A stretch of 64,000 nt of DNA, taken from the NCBI GenBank assembly GCA_033764015.1, contig JANRJK010000046.1:160001-224000 (forward strand). The letters run 5' to 3'. This DNA is from Candidatus Sumerlaeia bacterium. Its GTDB lineage: Bacteria > Sumerlaeota > Sumerlaeia > SLMS01 > JANRJK01. The position numbers and the translations under genes are program-made. The notes beneath the pieces are model-generated. The model was not told the DNA's origin. It did not search any database and was given only the letters and a program-made list of their open reading frames with translations. This document shows, piece by piece, positions 47,242 through 57,395 of the stretch (position 1 is its first letter; each line of letters opens with the position of its first letter).

Positions 47242-48960
47242 ATGAAGCTCCGTCACACCATGATGGCCGCCGCCATCCTCGCCGCGGCCCCCGCGTTCGC
47301 CGCCGCGCAGTCGCTCGCCGTTCCCCAGCACGTCCCCGCCGACGCGGTCGCCGTGGTCAGCATCAACGACACGAACACGATGTGGGGGAACCTCGCCAAG
47401 TCGCCGCTCGTCGGCCCCGTGAAGGAGCTCTTCGCCCTCCCCGCCCTCCAGGAGGGCATGGGCGAACTCGCCGGCGCGCTCGCCGAGGCGGAGGCCGAAC
47501 TCGGCTTCCCCGTCAATGCCGACACGATGCTCGGCGACAAGGTCACGGGCGTCGACGTCTACATGCTCCCGACCAGCGACGGCGCCACCGTGCCGTCGAT
47601 CGTCAAGGTCTTGAAGTTCAAGAGCGCCGACGACGCCGAGGCGATCGCAGAGCTGGTCGTCGCCGAGCTCGGCGACGGAGCCACGGACGCCACCACCGCC
47701 GAGGTCGGCGGCGCGACGGTCCACAGCTTCCCGACCAGCGAGTTCCACATCGCCGTGAACGGCGACCTCATCGTCGCCGGCACCACCGCGGAGGCGGTCG
47801 GCGCCGCGATCACCAGCGACGGCAAGGCGGCGATCCTCGAGAGCCCCGAGTTCGCCCGCGCCATGGGCCAGCTCGCCGAGCGCCCGCACCAGATGTGGGT
47901 CTACGGCGCCGGCGACCAGCTCGTCGACGCGCTCGGAGCCGTCGTCCCCCCGGACGCCGCCTCGGGACTCAACAGCATGAAGGGCCAGACCATCGCCATG
48001 GTCGGCGACTTCCAGAGCGACTTCGTGAAGCTCACCTCCTTCACGCCGAAGGAAAACTTCACCGGCGCCCAGCAGGTCTCCGCGGCCAACGCCAGCTCGA
48101 ACGACCTCAAGGCGGCGGCCTATCTCCCCGGCAACTCGCTGCTCTCCTTCACGATGAACTACCTCAGCGCGAAGGAGCATTGGGACGCCACGATCGCCGA
48201 CGCGCAGAAGGCCGGCCCGGAAGCGCAGATGGGCCTCGGCATGATCCAGGGGAGCCTCCAGGGCAGCGAACAGTCGCTCGGGTTCTCGGTCTTCGACGAA
48301 CTCTTCCCCGCGCTCGGCTCCAACATGGGCGTCAGCATCAACAAGCTCGCCTTCAACCCGACGATCCAGCCGCCGATCGACGTCGACCTGACGCTCGCCG
48401 CGCAGGCCAAGGACGCCGCGAAGCTCCAGGAGATCCTCGGCAAGCTCGAGGCGTCGGTGAACGCCGCGCTGAAGGAGCAGCTCATGGCGACCGGCATGGC
48501 GCCGGGCGACGACTTCTCCGCCTTCATCGGCAAGGAGTCCTCGGGCCAGAAGCTCCGCGTCTTCAAGGCGCCGGAGGGCTTCGACGCGCAGGTGCCCGTC
48601 ACGCCCGCCTACACGCTGACGGACGACGGCTTCCTGGTGTTCGGCCTCTCGGAGAAGGGCGTCACGGACGCCCTCGCCCGCGCGACCGGCGGCGGCGAGA
48701 CGGCCACCACGTCGGCCTCGTTCCAGCGCGCGCAGCAACTCTTCGACACGAACCGCAACTCGGTCACGGCGGTGAACCTGTCCGCGATCTCCGACACGGG
48801 CACCAACTTGATGCTGGTCTTCGGCGCGACCCAGCCGCCCGACGCGCAGGCCGCCATCAACAGCACGCTCAAGGTCCTCAAGGCGATGGGCAGCGTCTAC
48901 GCCGTGAAGACGTACAGCGACGCGGGTTCCATCGACGAGTTCGTCACGGTCATGAAGTAA
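47242..48960 (+). CDS. Secreted DUF3352-like protein
   Basis: AAGGAG RBS; signal peptide ending AAA-Q; two halves starting VPADAVAVV and LPGNSLLSF. Confidence 0.65.
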   Translation: MKLRHTMMAAAILAAAPAFAAAQSLAVPQHVPADAVAVVSINDTNTMWGNLAKSPLVGPVKELFALPALQEGMGELAGALAEAEAELGFPVNADTMLGDKVTGVDVYMLPTSDGATVPSIVKVLKFKSADDAEAIAELVVAELGDGATDATTAEVGGATVHSFPTSEFHIAVNGDLIVAGTTAEAVGAAITSDGKAAILESPEFARAMGQLAERPHQMWVYGAGDQLVDALGAVVPPDAASGLNSMKGQTIAMVGDFQSDFVKLTSFTPKENFTGAQQVSAANASSNDLKAAAYLPGNSLLSFTMNYLSAKEHWDATIADAQKAGPEAQMGLGMIQGSLQGSEQSLGFSVFDELFPALGSNMGVSINKLAFNPTIQPPIDVDLTLAAQAKDAAKLQEILGKLEASVNAALKEQLMATGMAPGDDFSAFIGKESSGQKLRVFKAPEGFDAQVPVTPAYTLTDDGFLVFGLSEKGVTDALARATGGGETATTSASFQRAQQLFDTNRNSVTAVNLSAISDTGTNLMLVFGATQPPDAQAAINSTLKVLKAMGSVYAVKTYSDAGSIDEFVTVMK

Positions 48961-49016
48961 CAGCGGCGCGCCGGGGCGGCTCCCAAGCCGCCCCGGCTCC
49001 ACCGCCCGGAATAGGA

Positions 49017-49047
49017 CGGCCCCCGGAACGATTGGTTCCGGGGGCCG
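49017..49047. terminator. Hairpin between convergent genes (probable bidirectional terminator)
   Basis: CGGCCCCCGGAAC-gattg-GTTCCGGGGGCCG. Confidence 0.7.
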
Positions 49048-49074
49048 CTTCATTCACTGGCTATCGAGGGAGGC

Positions 49075-49899
49075 TTACTGCGGGACGCCCTCGCCGGACC
49101 CGTTGCCCGACGCGAACGCCGTCGCGGAGTTCGCGAGGTGCTCCGGAGCTTCGATGTTCACTTGGATCTGGTTCCGGTAGGTGCGGACGACGCCCTTGAC
49201 GACGAGCGGCATGCCGCGGTCGAGGCGGACCGTCGGGTCCAGCTTGTCGGACACCTCGCGCCAGAAGACCAGTTCGACCGCGCCTGTCTGGTCGCGGAGC
49301 GTGATCTTGGTGGGGGTGCGGGGGACGGGGCTGGGGGCGTACTCTTCGATGACGCCGGCGAGCTGGACGCGCGAGTCCACCGTGTGCAGGCCGATGGCGC
49401 CGATGGTCACCGGGACGAAGACGTTGGGATCGACGCGGTTGGCGCTCCAGCGGGGCACCTTGAAGCCGGGCTTCACGCGGATGTGCGTGGGCTGCGTGAT
49501 GTTGAGCTGGCGCTCGCCGCGGTACTCGCCGGTTTCGGCGAACAGGTCGATCACCGCTCCCTTGACGAACTTCTCCCGGTCCGGCACCTGGAGCCAGACG
49601 TCCTCGAAGACAACGACCGGCGCCTGGCCGGTGTCGTCGGCGATGAAGAGCTTCCAAGGCTGGCGGGTGCCGGGTTGCGGGCTCTGGATCGAAACGAGTG
49701 TGCACCGGATGTAGGAGTAGGACGCGAGTCCCTTGCCGGTGTCCTTGGCGACCGCGTCGCGGATCGGGCTCCAAGGAAGGTGGTCGCCGGTGTCGACCGG
49801 CTGCTGCTGGGATGCCGCGTCGCCTTGGGCCGGGAGCACCGCCGGCATCGCGGCGAGCGCCAGCAACACCGGAACGGTCTTGAGGAGTTCCCTGAGCAT
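49075..49899 (-). CDS. Secreted protein with two OB-fold domains
   Basis: Signal peptide ending LPA-Q; IADDTGQAPVVVF...GEYRGERQL and LRDQTGAVELVFW...VRTYRNQIQV. Confidence 0.75.
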   Translation of the reverse strand: MLRELLKTVPVLLALAAMPAVLPAQGDAASQQQPVDTGDHLPWSPIRDAVAKDTGKGLASYSYIRCTLVSIQSPQPGTRQPWKLFIADDTGQAPVVVFEDVWLQVPDREKFVKGAVIDLFAETGEYRGERQLNITQPTHIRVKPGFKVPRWSANRVDPNVFVPVTIGAIGLHTVDSRVQLAGVIEEYAPSPVPRTPTKITLRDQTGAVELVFWREVSDKLDPTVRLDRGMPLVVKGVVRTYRNQIQVNIEAPEHLANSATAFASGNGSGEGVPQ

Positions 49900-50141
49900 C
49901 TGTAGTTGCGGCTCCTTTGCGGAGAGGGGTTCCATGCTTGGGCCAACTACTGGAGAGAGACCGGGACCATCGACAAGGGGTTTTGGGCTCTAAAAGCCTT
50001 TATGGGGAGGGTGTGGAGCTTACCCTTGCTTCCCCTAGCGGGGATGGAACACCTATAATGTTGCCAAGGTTCCGGCGGTTGGGCGGCGCTAAAAGTCGCC
50101 GCGAAATCGCGAGGACCGATCCCGGCCACGGAGTGCGAACC

Positions 50142-51449
50142 ATGCCCCCCCGCTTCGAACCGGGCCAGCTTCTGGCCGACGAGGAGCTCCAGCTCAAGTC
50201 CCGGCTCATCGAGGCGGGATGGGGTGCCGTCTGGCGCGCGGACCATCCGCGCCACGGCGCCGTCTTCGCCGTCTTCTGGGACGACCCGGCCGACACGGCC
50301 AAGGCGTCGAAGCGCCTCGAGCGCTGGCGCTCCATGGCACAGCACATCACGCACCTCGCCCCCGTCGCCGGGTTCTCGCCCGGCGCCCCCCGTCCGCACC
50401 TCCTGCTGCCGGACTCCGGCGCGCCGCTGCTCTCCGAGAGGCTGGCCCAGGGTCCGCTCACCGGCCGCGAGGCCGCCCGCCTCGGCGCGACACTGGGCCA
50501 CGCCCTCGTCGCCCTCGAGGGCGAAGCGATCCTCCCGCTCGGACTTTCGCCGGAGCGCATCCAGCTCGGCCCCGGCGGCAAGCCCGAGGGCCTCGCGATC
50601 CTCCCGTTCGGCCTGTTCGACCCTTCCGAGCGTTCGCGCCACGACGCCGCCGCTTGGCAGGCGCCGAACCTCCTGCCGGAGGACGACTGGGACAAACGCC
50701 ATGCGGACGTGTTCGCGCTCGGGCTGCTCGTCGTCGCGGCGGCCACCGGCAAGCCCGGCCCGCCCTCGCCCGGGGACCGCCGCGGCGGTGTGCCCTACTC
50801 CAAGCTTTCCACGCTCCTGTCGAACCTGCTGGTGTCGCAGGGCGGCGCCTATCCGGAGCCGAAGGTCGCGGTGATGATGCTCGAGCGCTGGCTGGCCCGC
50901 GAGGCCGTCGGCGACGAGAAGGAGCTCGCGGAGCGCAAGGCCGACGCGCAGCGCACCCCCGCCCAGCGGGCGCTGCACCGCCACAAGCCGCTGCTCGTGA
51001 AGCTCGGCGCGGCGCTCGGCGCGGTGCTCGCCGTGGTGCTGGTCGGGATGCTGCTCATCAAGTCGATCTCCGGCGGCGACCCGGCGGACACGCCGCGGGG
51101 AGTGGCGCGGGCGTTCTTCGAGGCGCTGGTGGACCGCGATCCGGCGGCGGCGGACAGGTTCGCCCGCGAGGAGGCGGCGGGCCGGGCGGCGATGCTGCTC
51201 GCGGAGGTGGAGCGCCTCGAGGCGGCGGCGCTCGCAAGCCGGCTCGGCGCCGCGCAGGCGCCGCGGCTCGGCGACGCCTCCATCAGCCCCATCCAGGGGA
51301 CCACAAGCCTCGTCGGCGAAAACGGCGACGCCTTCATGCGCGTCGACTTCGTGCTCAAGCTGGACCGCGGCACCCGCAAGTGGCACGTCGCCACGCTGCT
51401 CTGGGCGCCCCTCGTGGGGCAGCCGGAGGAACCGCGGCAGGCCCCGTAA
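50142..51449 (+). CDS. Membrane-spanning Ser/Thr pseudokinase with an extracytoplasmic C-terminal domain
   Basis: Kinase-like scaffold LIEAGWGAVWRA, WQAPNLL, ADVFALG, but HRDLKPxN appears as PLGLSPERI and DFG as PFG; TM segment LGAALGAVLAVVLVGMLLI. Confidence 0.7.
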   Translation: MPPRFEPGQLLADEELQLKSRLIEAGWGAVWRADHPRHGAVFAVFWDDPADTAKASKRLERWRSMAQHITHLAPVAGFSPGAPRPHLLLPDSGAPLLSERLAQGPLTGREAARLGATLGHALVALEGEAILPLGLSPERIQLGPGGKPEGLAILPFGLFDPSERSRHDAAAWQAPNLLPEDDWDKRHADVFALGLLVVAAATGKPGPPSPGDRRGGVPYSKLSTLLSNLLVSQGGAYPEPKVAVMMLERWLAREAVGDEKELAERKADAQRTPAQRALHRHKPLLVKLGAALGAVLAVVLVGMLLIKSISGGDPADTPRGVARAFFEALVDRDPAAADRFAREEAAGRAAMLLAEVERLEAAALASRLGAAQAPRLGDASISPIQGTTSLVGENGDAFMRVDFVLKLDRGTRKWHVATLLWAPLVGQPEEPRQAP

Positions 51450-51540
51450 CCCCCGCCGCCTCCCCTGTTGCGCGAAGGGCGGGAAACTTGCGAGCGTCCG
51501 TCCCAGACCCGGCGCGCCGCGCCCGCCGTCGAGGAACCCG

Positions 51541-52638
51541 ATGGAATTCCGCTACGAACATTTCGACGGCTCGCTCTTCGAGAACATCAACCGCGAGAAG
51601 ATGAAGCAGCTCTTCCTCGAGCTGCTCCTGAAGACCTCCGGCAACGCCGAGATGGCGCTGAAGTACCTGAAGCGCCTCTTCGACCAGCACAACCTCGAGC
51701 AGGCGCTCGGCATGTCCTTCGCCGAGTTCCGCGAGTGGCTGAAGGAGCAGCAGCTCCTCGAGCAGGACCGCCAGACCGGCGCCCTCGCGGCCACGCAGCG
51801 CGCGGACCGCGAGATCCAGAAGGCCGCCTTCGAGGAGATCTTCCAGGACCTCGGCAGCGACACCTTCGGCGACCACCCGGGGCGCACCGCCGGGCGCGGC
51901 GGGGACAAGCTGGCGGAAACGCGCCGCTACGCCTTCGGCGACGAAATCGTCGACATCGACTTCACCTCCTCCATCGGCAACGCGGTCCGCCGCAGCGGCG
52001 TGGACGACGACTTCCGCATGGACGAGGACGACCTCGAGACGCACCAGCGCGAACAGCTCACGAGCTGCGCCACGGTGATCCTGATCGACATCAGCCACTC
52101 GATGATCCTGTACGGCGAGGACCGCATCACGCCGGCGAAGAAGGTGGCCATGGCGCTGATCGAGTACATCCAGCAGCGCTACCCGAAGGACTCCATCGAC
52201 GTCGCGCTGTTCGGCGACGAGGCGGTCGAGGTGCCGGCCGCGGAGGTGGCGCGGGTCAGCGTGGGGCCCTTCCACACGAACACCAAGGCGGGGCTGCAGC
52301 TCGCCCAGCGCCTCCTGCTCCGCCGCAAGGCGGTCAACAAGCAGGTCTTCATGATCACCGACGGCAAGCCCTCCGCGATCACGGAGCAGGGCGAACTCTA
52401 CAAGAACCCCTTCGGCCTCGATCCCAAGATCGTGACGCAGACCATCAACGAGGCGACGCAGCTCCGGCGGAAGGGCATCACGATCACGACGTTCATGATC
52501 ACGACCGACCCCCACCTGCAGGACTTCGTGGACCGCATGACGAAGGCGAACAAGGGGCGCGCCTACTACGCGAGCCTCGACAACCTCGGCTCGTTCATCT
52601 TCGCCGACTACGCCAAGAACAAGAAGAAGCGGGTGTGA
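51541..52638 (+). CDS. vWA domain protein
   Basis: MIDAS LIDISHSM, TNTKAGL, MITDGKPS. Confidence 0.9.
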   Translation: MEFRYEHFDGSLFENINREKMKQLFLELLLKTSGNAEMALKYLKRLFDQHNLEQALGMSFAEFREWLKEQQLLEQDRQTGALAATQRADREIQKAAFEEIFQDLGSDTFGDHPGRTAGRGGDKLAETRRYAFGDEIVDIDFTSSIGNAVRRSGVDDDFRMDEDDLETHQREQLTSCATVILIDISHSMILYGEDRITPAKKVAMALIEYIQQRYPKDSIDVALFGDEAVEVPAAEVARVSVGPFHTNTKAGLQLAQRLLLRRKAVNKQVFMITDGKPSAITEQGELYKNPFGLDPKIVTQTINEATQLRRKGITITTFMITTDPHLQDFVDRMTKANKGRAYYASLDNLGSFIFADYAKNKKKRV

Positions 52639-53531
52639 GCGCCGCCGCGGCCCCGCGGTGGGCCGGCGCGCTGCGGGCGCTCCCCGCCAACCCGATGTTC
52701 CGCCACTTCCTGCGGCGCGACCTGCGGGTTTCGCAGCTCCTCATGCTCGCCTACGTGACGCTGGTCTTCGTGGGCGCGCTCGCGATGCTCAAGATGCGCT
52801 TCACCAGCACGCCCGAGACGGTGCTGCTCTACGGGGCGCTGCGCTGGGGGCTCGGCGAGTTCCTCTGGTGCTGGATGGCGGCGGACCACGCGTTCTCGAC
52901 GCTGGGGCGCGCGCGGCGGCAGGGGCGGCTTCGGGACTGGCTGCTGACGCCGCTCGGCGCGCAGGACATCGGCGGCGGCTTCGTCGCCTCGACGGTGCTG
53001 CTGCTCGCGGCCGGCTGCGTCGGAGCGGGTGTGGGCGAAGCGCTCTTCGCGTACCATCCACGGCTCGGCAACAACCTCGAAGCGCTCAACATCCCCTGGT
53101 TCGCCTTCGGCGCGGGGGTGCTCTTCCCGGTCGCGGCGACCGCGAGCCACCTCGCGACGTGCCTCTGGGCGGCGGCGCACTCCTCCGAGCGCGCGCTCGG
53201 CGCCGCGCCCGGCGCGCTCGCCTGGGCGCGGACGCTCGCCTCGCAGGGCTTCCGCCTCGCGGTGGTCGTGGCGGCGTCGCTCCTCGCCACGGCCATGGCG
53301 ACGATCCCGCTCTGGCAGTGGGCGCTCGACGCGGTCCGCGCGGACTCCGTGCCCGGCGCCTTTTCCGACCTCGCGAGCGCGCGCCTGCACACCGCCGCGG
53401 TCGCCAGCCTCGCGGTCTTCACGCTGCTCACGATCGGATCGAAGCTGCTGATGGCCGCGCACCGGCTGCGCGCCGTGCGCGGGGCGCTCGCCGCGGAGCA
53501 CCTGGCGGAGGGCCCCGCGGAGAACTCCTGA
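52635..53531 (+). CDS. Multi-TM membrane protein (ABC-2 permease-like)
   Basis: GTGA overlap with the vWA gene; NPMFRH, RLRDWLLTPL; about 6 TM segments. Confidence 0.65.
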   Translation: MSAAAAPRWAGALRALPANPMFRHFLRRDLRVSQLLMLAYVTLVFVGALAMLKMRFTSTPETVLLYGALRWGLGEFLWCWMAADHAFSTLGRARRQGRLRDWLLTPLGAQDIGGGFVASTVLLLAAGCVGAGVGEALFAYHPRLGNNLEALNIPWFAFGAGVLFPVAATASHLATCLWAAAHSSERALGAAPGALAWARTLASQGFRLAVVVAASLLATAMATIPLWQWALDAVRADSVPGAFSDLASARLHTAAVASLAVFTLLTIGSKLLMAAHRLRAVRGALAAEHLAEGPAENS

Positions 53532-53576
53532 GCCGCGCCGCTTGCGCACCGCGCCCCGGGCCCGCAAGCGTCCACC

Positions 53577-55268
53577 ATGCGCTCCGAAGCCGACTCCCCG
53601 CGCCGCTGGTTCGCGCTGCTGGCCGTCCTTTGCCTCGCCGCCTTCGCCCCGGCGCTGCGGGCCGGGCTCTTCTGGGACGACCACGTCGTCATCCGCTACG
53701 ACGGCCCCATCGCCGACAACGCCACCTTCGCCCGCCTCCTCACCGGGCGCTGCGTGCTGTTCCCCGAGGGCGCCTACAACTACTTCCGCCCCGTCGTGGA
53801 CCTCTCGTTCCTTCTCGAGTTCCGCGTGGCGGAGGCGCATCCGCTCCTCTACCACCTGACGAACCTGGCGCTGCACCTCGGGAACGCGCTGCTGGCGCTG
53901 GGGCTACTGCGCCGCATCCCCGGGGTGTCCCCGTGGGCGGCGTTCGCCGGCGCCGCGCTGTTCTCGCTGCATCCGCTGCAGGTCGAATCGGTCCTATGGC
54001 CCGCGGCGCGGCCGGCGATGCTCGCGGTGCTCTTCGCGCAGCTCGCCGCGCTGGCGGCGCTCGGCGCCATGGCGGCGTCCGGGGCGAAGCGGGCGGCCCT
54101 CCTCGCCGCGGGCTGGCTCTGCTACGCGCTGTCGCTCGGCTCGAAGGAGGTCGCCCTCGTGTTCGGCATCGCCGCGGGGCTGTCCCTCGCGCATCCCGCC
54201 GCGCGCGCGTCCGCCGGGCGTGGCGCACTTCGGCTCGCGGTCGCGGGGCATCTGGCGCTGCTGCTCGGCTACCTGGTCTTCGTGCGCGGCACCATCGGCT
54301 CGCTGCCGAGTCCGCTCCGCGACGGGCTCGCCGTCTACCTGTGGCGCCAGCTCGGGGCCTACGGCTTCTACCTGCGGCAGCTCCTGTGGCCGATGGACCT
54401 CTTCCCGAACTATCCGATCGACTGGGAGCTGCACCTGGGCTTCGGCGTCGCTGGGGCGGTGGTTTGCGGCGCGGTCGCGCTCGCCTTGTGGCGCGCGTTC
54501 CGCAGCTCCGGCCCCGCCGGGGGGCTCGCCTTCGCGGGGCTGCTGCTGCTCGCTGGGGGGACGGCGATCACGCATGTCGTGGGGCAGCGCGTCCTGGCCG
54601 ACCGCTACCTCTACCAGGCGGTGTGGGGCCTTGCCGCGGCGTTCGCGGCGGGGTGCGGGGTGGCTGGTCCCGCGGCGCTCTCCGCGCGCGGCGCGCGGCT
54701 GGGCCTGGCGGCTCTCGCCATCACCGCGGCGCTCTCGCTGCGCCAGTCGCTCGTCTGGCTCAGCGAGGAGTCCGTCTGGCTGCACACCATCGCCATCGAC
54801 CGGACGAACAACGCGGCGCACTTCAACCTGGGATTCATCAACCAGCGGCGGCGCGCCTGGGACGCCGCGATCCTCCACCTGCGCGAGTCGGCGGAGCAGC
54901 ACCATCCGATGCCGAACTACATCGCCTACCGTACCGAGGCGGCGGCGGCGGAGGCCACGATCCTCGACGATCTCGGGCGCAGCGGCGAGGCGGACGCGGC
55001 GCGCCGGTTCGTGGGCCTGTGGCCGGTCTTCCGCCAGCGCGCGCTCGTCATGCGGTCGGTCGCGCTCTTCAAGCGCGGAGACCGGCGGGGCGCGCTCGAA
55101 CTCGCCGCGCGATTCCGCGACGACGGCGCGCAGGACGCGCTGGTGCACCTTGATCTCGCGCTGCTGCACGCGCGCGCGGGGGGCGATCCCGCCGTGGCGC
55201 GCCGCCAGTACGAACGGGCGCTCGAGCTCGGCGCCCCTCCGGTGCCGGAGCTCGACGCGCTGCGATGA
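53577..55268 (+). CDS. TMTC-like GT-C glycosyltransferase with C-terminal TPRs
   Basis: FWDD, YFRPV, YHLTNLALH, HPLQVESVLW, SKE, ADRYLY, then AHFNLG TPRs. Confidence 0.88.
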   Translation: MRSEADSPRRWFALLAVLCLAAFAPALRAGLFWDDHVVIRYDGPIADNATFARLLTGRCVLFPEGAYNYFRPVVDLSFLLEFRVAEAHPLLYHLTNLALHLGNALLALGLLRRIPGVSPWAAFAGAALFSLHPLQVESVLWPAARPAMLAVLFAQLAALAALGAMAASGAKRAALLAAGWLCYALSLGSKEVALVFGIAAGLSLAHPAARASAGRGALRLAVAGHLALLLGYLVFVRGTIGSLPSPLRDGLAVYLWRQLGAYGFYLRQLLWPMDLFPNYPIDWELHLGFGVAGAVVCGAVALALWRAFRSSGPAGGLAFAGLLLLAGGTAITHVVGQRVLADRYLYQAVWGLAAAFAAGCGVAGPAALSARGARLGLAALAITAALSLRQSLVWLSEESVWLHTIAIDRTNNAAHFNLGFINQRRRAWDAAILHLRESAEQHHPMPNYIAYRTEAAAAEATILDDLGRSGEADAARRFVGLWPVFRQRALVMRSVALFKRGDRRGALELAARFRDDGAQDALVHLDLALLHARAGGDPAVARRQYERALELGAPPVPELDALR

Positions 55269-57391
55269 GCGGCGCGCCACCCGCCGCTCCGCCGACTCCG
55301 CGCGAGCCGGCCTGGTGGCCCGCCGCCCTGGCGCTGGTCCCCGCCCTCGCCGCGGCGCTCCGCTTCCACGGCCTCGCGGGGCGCGAGTTCTGGCTCGACG
55401 AGGTGCGCACGCTGCTCGACCTCGACTACCCGAGGCCGCGCCACTGGCAGCACGTCGGCTTCTTCGACGCGGCGGCGCAGCTCCGCGCCTGGTTCCCGGC
55501 GATGCCGGACGAGCTGGCGCTGCGCATCCACCCGGTCCTGTGCGGCGTCATGCTGGTGTTGGCGGCGATGGTGGCCGGGCGCTGGCTTTCGGGGCACCGC
55601 GCCGGGCTGGCGGCGGGGCTGCTCGCGGCGCTCTCGCCCGCCGCCCTGGCGTTCGCGCGAGAGGCGCGCTTCTATGCTCCCGTAGCGCTCTTCGGCGCGC
55701 TCGGCGTCGCCTGCGCGGCGCTCGCGCTGCGGACGCAGCGCCTCGGACCGCGGCTCGCGCTGGCGCTGGCGGCCGGCCTCCTCGCATGGCAGGGCGAGGC
55801 GCACCACCCCGCGGCCCTTCCCGCGCTCGGCGCCAGCGCGGCCACCGTCTGGGCGCTCGCGGCGGCCGCGTCGCACCGGGCGCTCGCGGAGCGCGCTCCC
55901 GCCGGGTGGCCCCGACGGGCGCTCCCGGCGCTTTACGCCGCGGCGGGCGCCGGGGCCGCGCTCGCCGCGTGGCGCCTCCTCGGCGACCGCGTCCCCGCAT
56001 GGGACCGGTTCGCCTTCGCGGCGACGCCGGGGGTCGAGGCGACGCCCGCCTTCTTCGCGCAGGTGCTGTCCGGCCTGCTGCTGGACGGCCGCGCGGATCC
56101 GGCCGCCGGAGCCGCTTCCCTCGCCGCGCTCCTGGCGCTTTCCGCGGGCGTCGTGTTCCTGGCCGCGGCGAGGCGGGGTGGGGGGCTGCTGCTGGCGACC
56201 CTGCCGCCGATCCTCGCGACCGTCGCGGCGGTGTTCGCCGTCACCTTCGCGCAGGTCTTCCAGCCCAAGTACGCGGTTGCGGTCCAGCCCGCGCTGCTCC
56301 TGCTGGCCGCGGGCCTCGCCGCTGAGTTCGAGGAGGTGCTCCGCGCGCGCGGGAACTCCGCGCGCATCCCGCCCCTTGCGCCGTGGATCGCGCTCGCGCT
56401 GCTCCTGCTCCCCGCGGCGCCGCGGCTGCGGGAGCAGCTCGCGCTCGAGTCCGCCGCCTTCCGGGCGCCCCTTGCGCAAGCGCTGGCGGAGCCGGAGTCC
56501 CGCGTCTTCGTCTATGGCCACGCGGCCTACCAGGCATGGCACGCGACCCGTGCCGATCCCGGAGCGCGCGCGCGGCTCCGCCACATTCCGTGGCAGCGCA
56601 ACGACGGGTCCGAGGAGGCCGCCATGCTGGCGCGCGAGGCGCAGGCCGGCCCGGCGTACTTCCTCCAGCTTTGGCCCCACGACGTGCCGCCCGCGGTGCG
56701 CGGGCTGCTCGCGCGGAGCGGGCGCGAGGTGCTCCGCGTCCCGTCCGCCCGCGGCGCCGCGCACGATTCCGTGCTCTTCCGGCTGGAGGTCCCCGGCGCG
56801 GAGGCGCCGGCGAACGCGCCGTCCTTCGGCGACCTGTCCGACCGGTGGAGCGGCATCCAGTCCGATGTCCCGCCGGGCGTCCGGGTGCTCCGCGCGCGCC
56901 GCGCCGCGCACGGCCCCGCCGCCCGCCCCGCGGACCAGTGGCTCGCCCTGACGCCCGCGACGCTCGCACCGCTGCCGGACGCGCCCGAGGGCGCGCGCTT
57001 CCGCTACGCGCCGCACGCGGTCGGCAGGGTGGTGTCGCCGATGCTCGATGTGGCAGGGGCGGAGTGGGTCGAGGGAGTGGTCGAACTGCGCCTCGACGAG
57101 TGCTGGGGCGCGGAGGCGAACGCGCTGCTGCTCTTCACCGACCGCCGGGGCGCGCTGGTCGCGGAACGCGAAGCCTCCGGACCGCTGCTGCGCTGCCGGG
57201 TCGAGTGGGAGCCCGCGACGGAACCGCTGCGCGGCGGGCGCTTCCACCGGCTGGCCTTCCGGTCGCCGGTGCCGGAGGGCGCGGAGCGCGCCGCGGTGGT
57301 CATCGTGCTGCATCCCGCGACGCGGCGCTTTCCGGCGGCGCGGAACGAGGTGCGCTTCGGGTTGTGCGAGCTGCGGGCGCTGGCCCGCTAG
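55265..57391 (+). CDS. GT-C (PMT_2/GT39-like) glycosyltransferase with a long extracytoplasmic C-terminus
   Basis: EFWLDE, ALRIHPVLCG, AREARFY, QPKY; multi-TM; ATGA overlap with the upstream gene. Confidence 0.8.
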   Translation: MSGAPPAAPPTPREPAWWPAALALVPALAAALRFHGLAGREFWLDEVRTLLDLDYPRPRHWQHVGFFDAAAQLRAWFPAMPDELALRIHPVLCGVMLVLAAMVAGRWLSGHRAGLAAGLLAALSPAALAFAREARFYAPVALFGALGVACAALALRTQRLGPRLALALAAGLLAWQGEAHHPAALPALGASAATVWALAAAASHRALAERAPAGWPRRALPALYAAAGAGAALAAWRLLGDRVPAWDRFAFAATPGVEATPAFFAQVLSGLLLDGRADPAAGAASLAALLALSAGVVFLAAARRGGGLLLATLPPILATVAAVFAVTFAQVFQPKYAVAVQPALLLLAAGLAAEFEEVLRARGNSARIPPLAPWIALALLLLPAAPRLREQLALESAAFRAPLAQALAEPESRVFVYGHAAYQAWHATRADPGARARLRHIPWQRNDGSEEAAMLAREAQAGPAYFLQLWPHDVPPAVRGLLARSGREVLRVPSARGAAHDSVLFRLEVPGAEAPANAPSFGDLSDRWSGIQSDVPPGVRVLRARRAAHGPAARPADQWLALTPATLAPLPDAPEGARFRYAPHAVGRVVSPMLDVAGAEWVEGVVELRLDECWGAEANALLLFTDRRGALVAEREASGPLLRCRVEWEPATEPLRGGRFHRLAFRSPVPEGAERAAVVIVLHPATRRFPAARNEVRFGLCELRALAR

Positions 57392-57395
57392 GCCT

